Source: the human T2T-CHM13v2.0 reference genome, Homo sapiens. Taken from it: a DNA stretch of 64,000 nt. The notes below the pieces were generated by a model. The model saw only the letters and a list, made by a program, of their open reading frames with translations, did not search any database and was not told the origin of the DNA. The stretch is taken from NCBI RefSeq assembly GCF_009914755.1, contig NC_060932.1, one strand, 5' to 3'. The position numbers and the translations under genes were made by a program. This document shows positions 1 to 15,300 of the stretch, piece after piece. Numbering within the stretch: position 1 is the first letter of the stretch; every line of letters begins with the position of its first letter.

Positions 1-228
1 GTAGTGAATAAGTCTCACGAGATCTGATGATTTTATAAGGAATTTCCCCTTTCACTTGGCTCTCATTCTCTCTTGCCTGCCGCCATGTAAGGTGTGCCTT
101 TTGCCCTCTGTCATGATTGTGAAGCCTCCCCAGCCACATGGAACTTGAGTCCATTAAACGTCTTTTTCTTTATAAATTACCCAGTCTCGGGTATGTCTTT
201 ATCAGCAGTGTGAAAACAGACTAATACA
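1..228 (+). mobile_element. MaLR LTR 3' part (THE1/MST family), cut by window start
   Basis: Typical THE1-type end ...AATTACCCAGTCTCGGGTATGTCTTTATCAGCAGTGTGAAAACAGACTAATACA. Confidence 0.9.
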
Positions 229-229
229 A

Positions 230-3379
<3,150 letters not shown>

Positions 3380-3649
3380 CTTGTGTTTAAAAAAATTAAA
3401 TGCAACAGTGAGGTCACTGCAGTTTTAAAATAATTATCAACAGTAAAAACCAGGGGCCCCAACATTACCTCAGGATGTGACCCTGAAAGATGGCTGAAAA
3501 AGTGGGGGAAAACAAAAGCTACGAGTTTCATGCAGCCAGGTTGCCTAGTTCAAATGTGGATACTCAAAAAGACAGAAACTCACTTTGTGGGCTTCACCAA
3601 CCTTCATCCCTAGCACCCCTCATCATACTGGTCAGCTACGAAAAATTAA

Positions 3650-4690
3650 CCACTGGGCCAAATATTGTGATAGACACCTCACCAATGAAGATATATAGAC
3701 ACAAAGAAGCACATGAAAACATGCTCCACATCATGGGTCATCAGGGAAATGTGAACTAAAACAACGAGACATCACTACACACCTATTAACATGACCGAAA
3801 TCCAGAACACCGACAGCACCAAATGCTGGTGAAGATGTGGAGCCACTGGAATTCTCATTCATTGCTAGTGAGAACGCAAAATGGCACAGCCACTTTGGAA
3901 GACAGTTTGGCAACTTCTTACAAAACTAAACATACCTCTCACTGTGCAATGCAGCAATCACACTTCTTGGCATTTATCCAAAGAAGTTGAAAATTTAAGT
4001 CCACATAAAAACCTGCACACAGATATGTATAGCAATGTTATTCATAACTACCAAAACCTAGATATGTATAGCAATGTTATTCATAATTACCAAAACCTAG
4101 AAACAACCAACATACCCATCAGCAGGTGATTGGATAAACGAATGGCAGTACATCCAGACAATGGGATTTTATTCAGCACTGAAAAGAAATGTGCTATTGA
4201 GTCATGAAAAGACATGATGGAAACTTAAAGGCATACTTACTAAGTGAAAAAAGCCAATTTGAAAAGGCTACTGTGTGATTCCAACTATCTGACATTCTGG
4301 AAAAGGCAAAAGTATGAAGACAGTTAAAAGATCAGTGGTTGCCAGGGGTCAGGAGGGAGACAGGAATGAACAGGTGGATGGAGCACAGAGAATTTTTTGG
4401 TCAGGGAAACTATTCTCTATGATACTCTAACAGTGGATAGAGTCCAAACCCATAGGCTGTATAACACCAAGAACAAACCCGAATGTAAACTATGGACTCT
4501 GGGTGATAATGACGTGTCAATTTGGTTCATCATTTGTAACAAATGCACCACTCTGGTGGGGGATGGTGATAGTTGGGGAGCTTGTGCATGTGAGGGCATG
4601 GGGGGCATATGGAAATTTCTGTATCTTCCTCTCAATTTTGCTGTGAACCTAAAACTGCCCTAAAAAGTTAAGTCTTTGTAAAAACAAAAG
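3650..4690 (+). mobile_element. L1MC-like 3' end
   Basis: CACTTTGGAAGACAGTTTGGCA and TGTAAACTATGGACTCTGGGTGATAATGACGTGTCAA..GCTGTGAACCTAAAACTGC, typical of an L1MC 3'UTR. Confidence 0.85.
4021..4098. repeat. 39-bp tandem duplication (2 copies, 1 mismatch) inside L1
   Basis: AGATATGTATAGCAATGTTATTCATAA(C/T)TACCAAAACCT x2. Confidence 0.95.
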
Positions 4691-4739
4691 CAGCATGAAC
4701 ACATATGGCACTATCACCACAGCTCTTAGGTTCCTTCTT

Positions 4740-5150
4740 TCAATGGCTCCACCCTGGGGCCTTGGCACATGCCTCTGCCTGGAAAATGTCCCTCTCCCTG
4801 GAACGTGTCCCTCTCCCAACTGTACCTTCGCACCCACTTTGCGTGTTACTTCTCATGGATCTTGCAGAATTCAGCCCAAATGCAGCTCCCTCAGCTTTGA
4901 TCGGATCCCCTCATTTTTACTCTTTCACAGCACACTATGATTTTCCCTGAAAGCTCATCCAGTGTTTTTAATTATGGAGTTGTGACACTGCTCGTTTAAT
5001 ATCTAATTTCCCCACTAGAACAGTTTTATGGAGGCTGGCAACCATGTTTGGCTGACATGATGCCCCCGGCATCTAGCACAGACCCTGGCACACAGCCGGG
5101 ACCGAATAGATTCATGTTGAGAGAATTAATTAACTAATGGCTGAATGAAT
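4740..5150 (+). mobile_element. L2 3' fragment
   Basis: CCTCTGCCTGGAA..., ATCTAGCACAGACCCTGGCACA... and a TGAATGAAT tail. Confidence 0.65.
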
Positions 5151-5724
5151 AAGAGAGCAATGAGAAGCAGCTCTTAATGTGAGCAATGAACTCCTCTGAC
5201 TTGCCAGAGATCTTTACACGTTATCAAGGAGCTGGGGAACCTCCGTCCAGAGCCTTTCCTTTTGCTTCCACCTCCAAGGGGGCCACTTGGTCGCAGAAGA
5301 GCCACTGTACAGCAGGGGAGGAGAGGGGCCCACAGAGATGTCATCTTCTGTGAAGATGCACCGACTAAGTGACTAGTGGGTGCTCAGGGACATTTGCCTC
5401 GAGCCCACTGCTGACATCAGGCAGACACGTTCTTGGCATCCCAGTATCCCAATGTCCCAGCTGGAACTCAGAGCACATTCCAAAGAACGTGTAGCCTGTT
5501 CTCTGATGGAAATATTTAAAATTTGGGGGGCAGAAAGGACATCTCAGAGTCAACATATTGTTAAAAAATGTTGTTCCCTGGAAATTTTATAAACTATTCA
5601 GACAAACTAATAATGTTTAGAAAATGTCACTCATCATTCCAGGGACAGGGTGGACTCACAAAAGCGAATGAGATTTTTTTAAAGTTCTCAGCAAATAATC
5701 CCCTTCTCTCCTTTACAAGAAGAC

Positions 5725-6000
5725 AATAATAATATCTACCATGTAGAGAACACTTACTGTATCTCAGGCTCTGTACAAAGTATATACATACATACATACA
5801 TATACACACACACACACACACATATATATGTGTGTGTATGCATAGTATTTAATCTTCCCCAAGTCCTGCAACATGGGTATGATTATCGCTGTTTTACACA
5901 CAAAGAAACTGAGCCTCAGAATGATCATGTGACTTCTGCAGGGTCACTCAATCTATAAGAGGCAGAGCTAGCATTTTCCCTCAGGTCTGTCTCACTTCAC
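5725..6000 (-). mobile_element. MIR containing a (TA/CA/TG) microsatellite at 5781-5840
   Basis: CACTTACTGT..., TTTTACAC..GAAACTGAGCCTCAGA..GGTCACTCA core. Confidence 0.75.
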
Positions 6001-6454
6001 TCCAGCTGATCGCTCCACCAACCTCTGTGGAATTTCCAGATTTCAGCAAAGCACCTGTTCCAGGCTCTCTGATCAGCATGCTGTGGCTAACATCATGATA
6101 CCCTGTTCTTTAGATGACATCTCTTCGGTGAACTTACCCCCGGCTGAGACATTACATCCAAAGCTTTAGTCAGCAATTCTGGTTTCACCTGGAAGGAAAG
6201 CTCTGGGTCTCACCTGGAAACCAAGTCTGATAGGTTGGCAGGGCCTTCCCAAGGTCCTTGGTGTAGAGGAATTCTGAAAGTGTGCCTGGGCTTGGCAGGA
6301 AAGAGCGTGGCAATCTACCAGCACTTTCTGCTAGAAGTTGGGGGTGGCAGGGTCAACAGGGGCAGTAGAATGACACGTCATGGCCATCACAACAGAAGCT
6401 CTAAGACGTTAAACAAGCAACATGTCCCTAAGTGAACTGTCCAGTTCAATTTTT

Positions 6455-6778
<324 letters not shown>

Positions 6779-7088
6779 TAATGATTTTCAAGAACACATT
6801 GAGAACATGTGAATGAAACCCACGCATGACACAACACTGGGAGACAGAAACAGTATTTCATCTGCCAAACAGGGTGACAACATAGGGTCAGGCAGCAATG
6901 CCCACCCCTGCATCATTTGGGTTTGCCACTGGTGCCACCAAAATTTGAAATTCCCCAAGAGAAGGTATTGTTTTATTCACTATATTGGGAGAGGGGGAGT
7001 CCAGGAGACTTTACTCCATGGATCAGGGAGCTAAAATGGCGATTTTGTCAGTTATTAGGTATATCTATCTCATGATGTTTTAATAGGT

Positions 7089-7897
<809 letters not shown>

Positions 7898-8892
7898 ACT
7901 ACGCATTCTGGGAGTGAGGAAATAACTTCAGGCTTGTTCTGACCCACCGGACCCACTGAGAGACAGACTTGGAGCAAGATCCCATCTGTCACCTGGTCTT
8001 CATAAACCCCACTCTGCAGTGGACCTTGGTCTTTCACGTTTAGGAGCAGTGGGTAATAACTCCTAGAAGGCCTGGGCTATTTCCATTTCACCAGTACAGA
8101 GTCACCTTGGTAAAAGATCCCGGTTCCTTCTGGGGAAGGCTTAGGGCAAGATTCAAGGGATGTGGCACTTGAAACACTGCAAGATCCCTCCTCGAAGGGC
8201 TGGACGCCCCGTCAGTTTTAGTTCGCTCTGCTTTGAACATGGAAGTTGGCCTAAGCTTTTCCCCAGACTCTACAAGCAACTTGCTTGTAGGACAGACACA
8301 CTCGCTGCCTGTGCCTACCTCAGGGGTCACTCCTCCAATTCCTTTGCTCCTTCTTTCCCAGACCTCTGCATGTCAGAACACCCCGGCACTCAATGTTCAA
8401 ACCCTTTCTCTCTCTCCGGTCTCTCCCTAAATGATATCAGCTGGTCCCGTGGCCTCAAACGCCATCTATATGCTGGGGATTCTGAAATTTCTCCTCCTCT
8501 GATCCCTTCCAAGATCCAGACCCATGCAACCAACTGCCCTGCTCCATATCCCCACCGGGACATCCGAGGAGCATCTCAAATTTGTGTGGCCAAAACTGCA
8601 CAATTCATCCCATTACCTCTACCTCACATCCACCTTCCTACAAGCAAATCATACCCCCAGCCAACCAGTTGCTCCGGTTAAAAATAAATGAGGGAGAAAG
8701 TGTGTAAAAAGCTCCAATGCTGCCCAATTAAATAGAATAAACTAAAAAGCCCATTATGTCATCCTATAGAAGGCTCTCTGTGACCTGGTTCCACCTGCCT
8801 CACTGAGGGTTCTCTCTACTGATGGAATAGCTTCCACTTCCACTAGTGTATTCCCAACATGCTTCCTCCTTTAGGTCCTGCATCATTTAGTT

Positions 8893-9421
8893 CAGGAGTC
8901 CCCAGCCACTGGGCCACGGACTGGTACTGGTCGGTGGCCTGCTAGGAACCAGGCCTCACAGCAGGAGGTGAGTGGCAGGCAAGTAAGCGAAGCTTCATTT
9001 GTATTTACAACCGCTCCCTATTGCTCACATTACCTCCTGAGCTCCACCTCCTGTCAGATCAGTGGTGGCATTAGATTCTCATAGGAGTGTGAACCCTATT
9101 GTGAACGGTGCATGTGAGGGATCTGGGCTGTATGCTCCTTATGATAATCCAATGCCTGATGATCTGTCACTGTCTCCCATTGCCCCCAGATGGGACCATC
9201 TAGTTGCAGGAAAACAAGCTCAGGGCTCCCACTGTTTCTACATGATGATAAGTTGTATACTTATTTCATTATATATTACAATGTAATAATAATAAAGTGC
9301 ACAATAAGTGTGATGTGCTGGAATCATTCCAAAAACATCCCCCTTCCTCCCACCACCCACTTGTGGGAAAATCGTCTTTCATGAGACTGGTCCCCGGTGC
9401 CAAAAAGGCTGGGGACTACTG
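8893..9421 (+). mobile_element. MER1A (hAT-Charlie non-autonomous DNA transposon), full length
   Basis: CAGGAGTCCCCA...TGGGGACTACTG terminal inverted repeats; perfect 8-bp TSD ATTTAGTT at 8885-8892 and 9422-9429. Confidence 0.93.
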
Positions 9422-9444
9422 ATTTAGTTCATTTCGTTCTCAAG

Positions 9445-9820
9445 TGATATGGTTTGGATCTGTGTTCCCCCCTAAATCTCCTGTCGAATTGTAATCCCCA
9501 GTATTGGAGGTGGGGCCTGGTGGGAGGGGACTGGACCATGGGGGCGGCTTCTCAGGGTTCAGCACCATCCCTCAGTGCTGTTCTCCTGAAGGAGGTCTCC
9601 TGAGATCTCACGGTTTAAAAGTATGTGGCACCCCGACTTGATCCCCCTCCCGCTTCCATCATAATTCTAAGTTTCCTGAGGCCTACCCAGAAACCAAGCA
9701 GATGCCAGAATCATGCTTCCTGTAGAGCCTGTGGAACTGTGAACCAATCACACCTCTCTTCTTTATCAATTGCCCAGTCTCGGGCAGTTCTTTATAGCAA
9801 CGTGAGAAGGGACTAACACA
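9445..9820 (+). mobile_element. MSTA/MSTB solo LTR
   Basis: TGATATGGTTTGGATCTGTG...GGACTAACACA; 5-bp TSD TCAAG/TCAGG. Confidence 0.92.
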
Positions 9821-10289
9821 TCAGGTCTCACCACCTTGCGAAGGCCTCCGTGACCAACCTCGCTAAAACACCCCTGAACACGATCTCACAGCCCCCAGAC
9901 GCAACTGACTGCCCTAGCCCATTCATCATCTTCGCATCCCTCATCAGAACCTGACATCATCTTATTTCATCATTTCTTTCCATGTTTATGACTCCTTGTC
10001 TGGAATGTAAAGGTTCTTAAGGGCAGGGATTGAAGGGGTCTGCTATAACTAGAACAGCCTGTGACGTGAGGGATGTGACAGGCACCTGGAGAACAACTAC
10101 TATTACTTAGGTTGCAAGGAGCTAGAGGTGTGCATGTTTACCAAAAATTTCATCCGAATTGTTCCCATTTGGAGGTAAACGGCTCTGAGGCTTTTTCCCT
10201 CCCAAGCTGTTTAGAGCTCTTAAATTCATCTTACAGCACTTAAAAATATTCTACCTAAGCAAGCCAAAGACAGAGGAGATGTCAGGCAG

Positions 10290-10868
10290 TTGGCATTATT
10301 GGACTGTAGGTTTTTATTAAAACAAACATTTCTCATAGCTCTAAGCAAAGCATTAGAATTCATCAAGCGGACTCACATCTTTTCTCTGCACAGAGAGGGC
10401 TGAAAAGGGAGAGAAAGTCCCTTATGTATGTCTAGATTTGGTAAAGCGAAGGATTTCAGCGAATGAGTCACTGAGGCTATACACGTTTGCAAATTGTAAG
10501 GCACTGGCGGGCAGAGAGCACAGATAAAGGACTTCTGGGGTCCCCCATCCTGTCCAGCAACCTCCCAGCTCACACCTTAGCTTCTACCAAGAAGGGTGAA
10601 CACAGCATCCCTGCTATCTTCACTCAGACCCCAGAAGACACAGGAAACCGCACAGCTCCACTCCCACCATAACTTATTAGGAGATAAGTCACATTTTATC
10701 AACTTGCCATCGCGCCTCCTATAGATTATACTTCGGTAAACCCAATCTGTATAAATTCCTTTGTACTTTGTGCACTTTAAATGCCACGATTGTGAATCAC
10801 ACAAGCATTGCCCAATTTGTTGAAAGCATTTTTACTGGAACCTCAAAGGCCCACCATGTGGGGAGCAA
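10290..10868 (-). other. MSRA: MSRA 3'UTR (cleavage position approximate)
   Basis: Repeat-free sequence between the stop codon and an AATAAA, followed by a U/GU-rich downstream segment. Confidence 0.85.
10313..10318 (-). terminator. MSRA: MSRA polyadenylation signal AATAAA
   Basis: TTTATT on the + strand, about 550 nt past the stop codon. Confidence 0.85.
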
Positions 10869-11033
10869 TTATTTTTTAATACCCACTGGGCAGGACACGC
10901 CGGTGCCCCCAAGGCCGCAGTAGCCATTGGGGTTCTTGCTCAGGTACTGCTGGTGGTAGTCTTCCGCATAGTAGAAAGTCTGTCCCTCCCGGATGTCGGT
11001 AGTGATGGGGCCGAAGCCGTGCTCTGAAAGAAC
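10869..11033 (-). CDS. MSRA: Methionine sulfoxide reductase A, last coding exon (54 aa + stop, phase 0)
   Basis: Translation [54 protein letters not shown] carries the MsrA FYxAExYHQQY motif and two C-terminal cysteines (resolving Cys region). Canonical acceptor ctttctgtgtccccacag|GTT. 165 nt = 55 codons. Confidence 0.98.
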   Translation of the reverse strand, partial: VLSEHGFGPITTDIREGQTFYYAEDYHQQYLSKNPNGYCGLGGTGVSCPVGIKK

Positions 11034-12369
11034 CTGTGGGGACACAGAAAGGCGCCATCAGCTCCCATGCTAGAGAGACAGCACCTGCGAGGGGTGGCAC
11101 TGAGGGGCCAGGGCTGCAGTGAGCAGACGCGTGGCTTGGGATGTGCAGTGGGTCCCCTTTAGGCCGGGCTCTCCGCATTCCAAGTGGAGTGACGCTGGGC
11201 AGGGACTTACCTTGCTGTGCCTCAGTTGACTGGGAACTGAAATCAGGTTTATATCAGATTTTTAAATCAGTAACTTACACTCTACCCCCACACCCCTGCC
11301 ATCCCAAGTGCATGTTGGGGGCCCTGGTTTGGACGCTGTGGGTCTGTTTGAAACTGGCCCCAAAGCTCTCCCAGGGGAAACAGCAGGTAAGCATGGCTCC
11401 CTGGCTGTCCCCGAGGGTAAATGGATGTCCCTGAGAGGGCTCAGCAGGGCCACAGTGGGAGGGAATGAAACGGGTGGACAGGGTAGGGATGGACAGAATG
11501 GCTGCAGCTCTACCTGGCACTATCGCATCTGCCCACCAGCTCAGGAACAGGACCCCAGCCCACTCCCAGGATAGACAGAGTGTCCCCTCACTCGCTGTGG
11601 CTCTCGGGAGAAGGACCCTGCTGGCACGTCCTGGTGAGCAGGCGGTCGCTTGGGGTCTGTACTCTGAACTCCAGGCCAGGGAGCCTGGGGAGTCAGGGCA
11701 GGGCAGGATGTGGCCTGTGGCTCATCACCACCCTCTGCGTCCTAGTTTACGTCCCGGTGACATCTGCTGCCAGGGAAAGACACGCATCAACACAAGCTGG
11801 GAAAGGAGAGAGGGGCTATTTGGGGCAGGAGACAGACTAAGAAATAGACATTGCTCCCTGTGGATTTCAGCCTGCTTCTTCTCCCCTTTGGATTTCAGCT
11901 GTGCCCTAATTCTTTCCTGTTGCAGGCTGCTTGAAGCATGTGAGCACACGGCCACAGAGGCTCAACCCACTCTCACTGCCTCCATTCAGTAAAGAGCTGC
12001 AAAGCAGAGCCAGGACCCATGTTTTCACGAGGGGACCAACCACACTCTGACTGTCCACTGGTCCATGTGAGATGAAGTCTTCAAGTCTGCCAAGCACAGT
12101 GCATCCAATATTAATATTCAGCATGATTCACTGCGTCAGGTTTTTCTTGAGCAACGTCACTTATTTCCTGCATCTCTGTTTCGCCGTCTGAGCCAGCAGA
12201 AGGCCGATCGAGGATCTTGAGGCCCAGCAGGTCCGGAACGACAAGGGGCAGGGTCCCCGCCAAGACGGGTGGGTTAGACCAGCCAGCTCAGAGGCAGCCA
12301 GTTTTCTTGCAGGGGTTAGGAATGAGAATGAGGAGCCATTCTAATGTCAGTTTTGACAATTTTTTGTAA

Positions 12370-12490
12370 ACTAGCAATTATTGAGGGTCTACCATATGCC
12401 ATGATCTGTGCAAAGACTTCACACATGTTAATTTTAGCCTCACAACAGCCACGGGAAGGAAGTCCTATTATTATCACCCATATTTAAAAG
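12370..12490 (-). mobile_element. MIR fragment
   Basis: TTATTGAGGGTCTACCATATGCCA...CCTCACAACAGCC..TATTATTATCACCCAT. Confidence 0.7.
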
Positions 12491-12492
12491 TG

Positions 12493-13300
12493 TGTATCAG
12501 ATACTGTGCCTTGGTCCCTGACATTCTCAGCTCACCCTCGTACCGCACAGGCGGAAAGCTCGCAGACTGCATTCCCCAGATTCTGCTGCCAGCAAGGCCC
12601 TGCTTCAGATTCCACCAATCAGAGAAACTCACACGAAATTTGGCAGGCTACGTAAAAGGAGAAGCTATTCTTTGCAGGGCGCAGCTGTGAGGATGAGCGC
12701 AGGACTCTGCAGGAAGCAGACCCAAGACTCTGCCAGCTCCTCCTGGCCCTCTCCAGAGAGTCCGTGGAATGCCATCAGCAATGACTTTTGGCAATTTCAG
12801 TAACTTCTTGGTATCCTGAAATCTTGGGGTGCTTTTCCCTGACCTTCACGCGAACAGCCCTGCTAACGATTCTGTAAACACCGAATTCCTTCTGTAGAAT
12901 CCATCCAGCTTGACGGAATGGAAGTTTTCTGTTTCCATGACCGGGCCCCAGCTCACACAGCATTTGGCTCCAGACTGTTTTCAGGGAACAGAACCTCTCT
13001 AAGAATGAGCACGTGGGGTTGGCTAACTAACAGGGGTAGATTTAGAGTTAGCAATGACCTCCTTGGAAATGGAGTATGTGCTGGCCGTGTGACTTGAACC
13101 ATCGCTATCATTTGCCTGTGAAGAGGCTGCCCACTGAAGGAAGGCTTTGGGATGCCAGGTGGCTGTGGAAATGGAATATTCTGGTGACAACAATAAGGAC
13201 GACGTCTGTGGGGGGTGCCATCTGCTCCAGGCAGCACCAGAGAGTTTGGAGAAGAGAAAAAGGCACGGTGAGGGCCTGACATTTCTGGTCCAAGGCAAGT
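12493..13300 (+). mobile_element. LTR33-like ERVL LTR (to ~12958), possibly followed by a short ERVL internal fragment
   Basis: ACTGCATTCCCCAGATTC..GCCAGC..ATTCCACCAATCAGAG and TTTTCTGTTTCC..CACACA end; the following CAGGGAACAGAACC resembles an ERVL internal 5' end. Confidence 0.55.
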
Positions 13301-14489
13301 TCGGAGAACTGAGGGATGTAAAATAATCTGTCATCTCTTACAGCTGTATCCAAATAGCAAATAAAAAATCGGATCCCAAGGGCTCCGGGTTCACAACGCC
13401 AGTGGGATTCACAGGCTTACTTGGCCCAGAGCCCGGGTGTGCTCTTGCCCACAGGTGTGATCGTCCTCAGAGGACCTACCCACTCCGCGGCTGACACCGC
13501 CTGCTGAGACGGGCCTCGCTCCCGGCCCTGAGCTGCCTGTGCCTGCGTACTGGAGGCGTCCATGTTCTATGGCCACACCTGTGCAGACCTCCCAGCCTGC
13601 CTGTGTCTGAGATCCACCCTCTTCCCTGTCCTCCTAGGCACAAGGATGGCCTCCCAGGCACAGCTGCGGTCTCCAGAAGATTCTCTGAGCACAGCGTGGG
13701 AGGAAGTGGGTCCACGCAGGGAGGCCAGCGCCACTGCCCACCTCCCCTCCTCCTCCTCCCTTCGCAGCCACCTGCAGGCCCAGGGACCCCCTTGGGGAGC
13801 CCGGAAGGGAGGTTTGCCGGTGGGCCTCGGCAGTACCAGCCTCAGCCACAAGATGGCAGACACTTCACTAAGAAAAACCTCCAAGGCGAGCAGGGAAACC
13901 GCAGCCCACCCACGCCTCTGCACCGCCCTGGGCCTGGGACCTCATGGACGGGTCCTGTCGGGTGGCGGATAGAGGTGGCGGCCACCGGCCTGCGATGAGC
14001 GTGGCGTCAATCTGCAGGCTTCGGTTGTCCTTCCCAGCACTCTCCCCCATCCCCCCACCCGCCGCCAAAACTGAGGGAAAGGACAAAAAAGAGACTAGGT
14101 GCGAAAGAAGGGGAAAGGGACCACGGAAGGTCACATCTAGTGTCTTCCTGGTCCCCCTTCGTCCGCTGCCTCACTTGCAAGTCACTCCCCTCGGACAACT
14201 CCATGCATTCTGCGAGGTCTCCCTCCGCCACTGTTCAGATTCACGTCTTGATTTCAGTGGGCTTCGCAGCCGCCCTGCTCCTTCGCTGTCCCCCGGGGTG
14301 GGCCCCGCTGTGTGCGGCACAAGTGACAGCATTAAGTTAATCATGACATCTCCCTCCAGGGCCCTGCAGGCTTGGCGATCTTCAAAGAGTGCACTGCCCT
14401 GACTGTTCACCAGGGAGCCTGGGAGATCTGGGCCTGCCCCAGCACCTCCCCTAACCCAGGAGGGGGCCTCTCCCTGGCCCCGAATCAGA

Positions 14490-14875
14490 ACACCCCAGGC
14501 CTTTCTCTCCGATCCAACCCACCCCGGGCCCTTCTCCCCGTCCAGTTTAGCTCCGCCGCAGACCCTTCTCCCTGATCCCACTCCACCCTGGCCCCTTCTC
14601 CCTGTCCCTCTCCACCCCAGGCCCTTCTCCCGAATCCCACTCTATCCCGAGTCCTTCTCCCCATCCCACTCCACCCCAGGCCCTTCTCCCCGATCCTATT
14701 CCATCCCGAGTCCTTCTTCCCGTCCCACTCCACCCCGGGCCTTCTCCCCATTCCTGCTCCACCCCAGGCCCTTCTCCCCGATCCTATTCCATTCCGGGTC
14801 CTTCTCTCCATCCCACTCCACCCCGGGCCTTCTCCCCATTCCCGCTCCACCCCAGGCCCTTCTCCCTGATTCACC
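14490..14875. repeat. C-rich minisatellite, ~29-30 bp unit, ~13 copies, with 88-bp higher-order periodicity
   Basis: Unit approximately GGCCCTTCTCCCCGATCCCACTCCACCCC; CAGGCCCTTCTCCC recurs at 14677, 14765 and 14853. Confidence 0.93.
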
Positions 14876-15039
14876 CCTCAGCATCGTCTCCCTCACCATC
14901 TTCTACCTTTTCAGCCTTTCCTTCCCCTCTGCGCACTATTTTCTTTGGTGGTGTTCATTTTTACCTGTTTCCCGAATGTTCCATTCCCTTGCACACGATC
15001 TCCAAGGAATGTCCTTTCCTCTTTTCCATCGCAGGAACT

Positions 15040-15300
15040 CCTATCCATCTCTGAGGACCCAGACCAAATGTCCCCACCTCTATGAAACCTGCCCGCTTCT
15101 TGAAGGCAGAAGCTGCTCCACATACTATGTTCGCGTGGCATCGCAATGCCCGACAGCGCTGATGACGCTGCATTACAAAAACCCTTCTGTTCTCCAAGCC
15201 ACTTCCACTACCCAGGACTGTCTGTGTCTCTCCCTCATCTCGGGGCTTTGTGCACTGTGTGCAATGAATGAATGAATGAATGAATGAATGAGAAAATGAA
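15040..15300 (+). mobile_element. L2 3' end with expanded (AATG)n tail
   Basis: CAAATGTCCCCACCTCTATGAAACCT and (AATG)7 at ~15263-15290. Confidence 0.7.

Larger units (their letters stand above)
8300..10070 (+). mobile_element. L2 fragments hosting the MER1A and MST insertions
   Basis: CCATCTATATGCTG..., GCATCTCAAA...CCAAAACTG; L2-like sequence resumes after 9825. Confidence 0.6.

Noticed and set aside
10876-11178. 100-aa ORF in the supplied track overlapping the MSRA exon
   Set aside because: It is a different frame from the real exon and runs through the splice acceptor. The true frame (11033-10869) has no start codon, so the track missed it.
14490-14875. ~29-bp repeats as a possible CRISPR-like array
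   Set aside because: Units are contiguous with no unique spacers, and the context is eukaryotic; it is a minisatellite.
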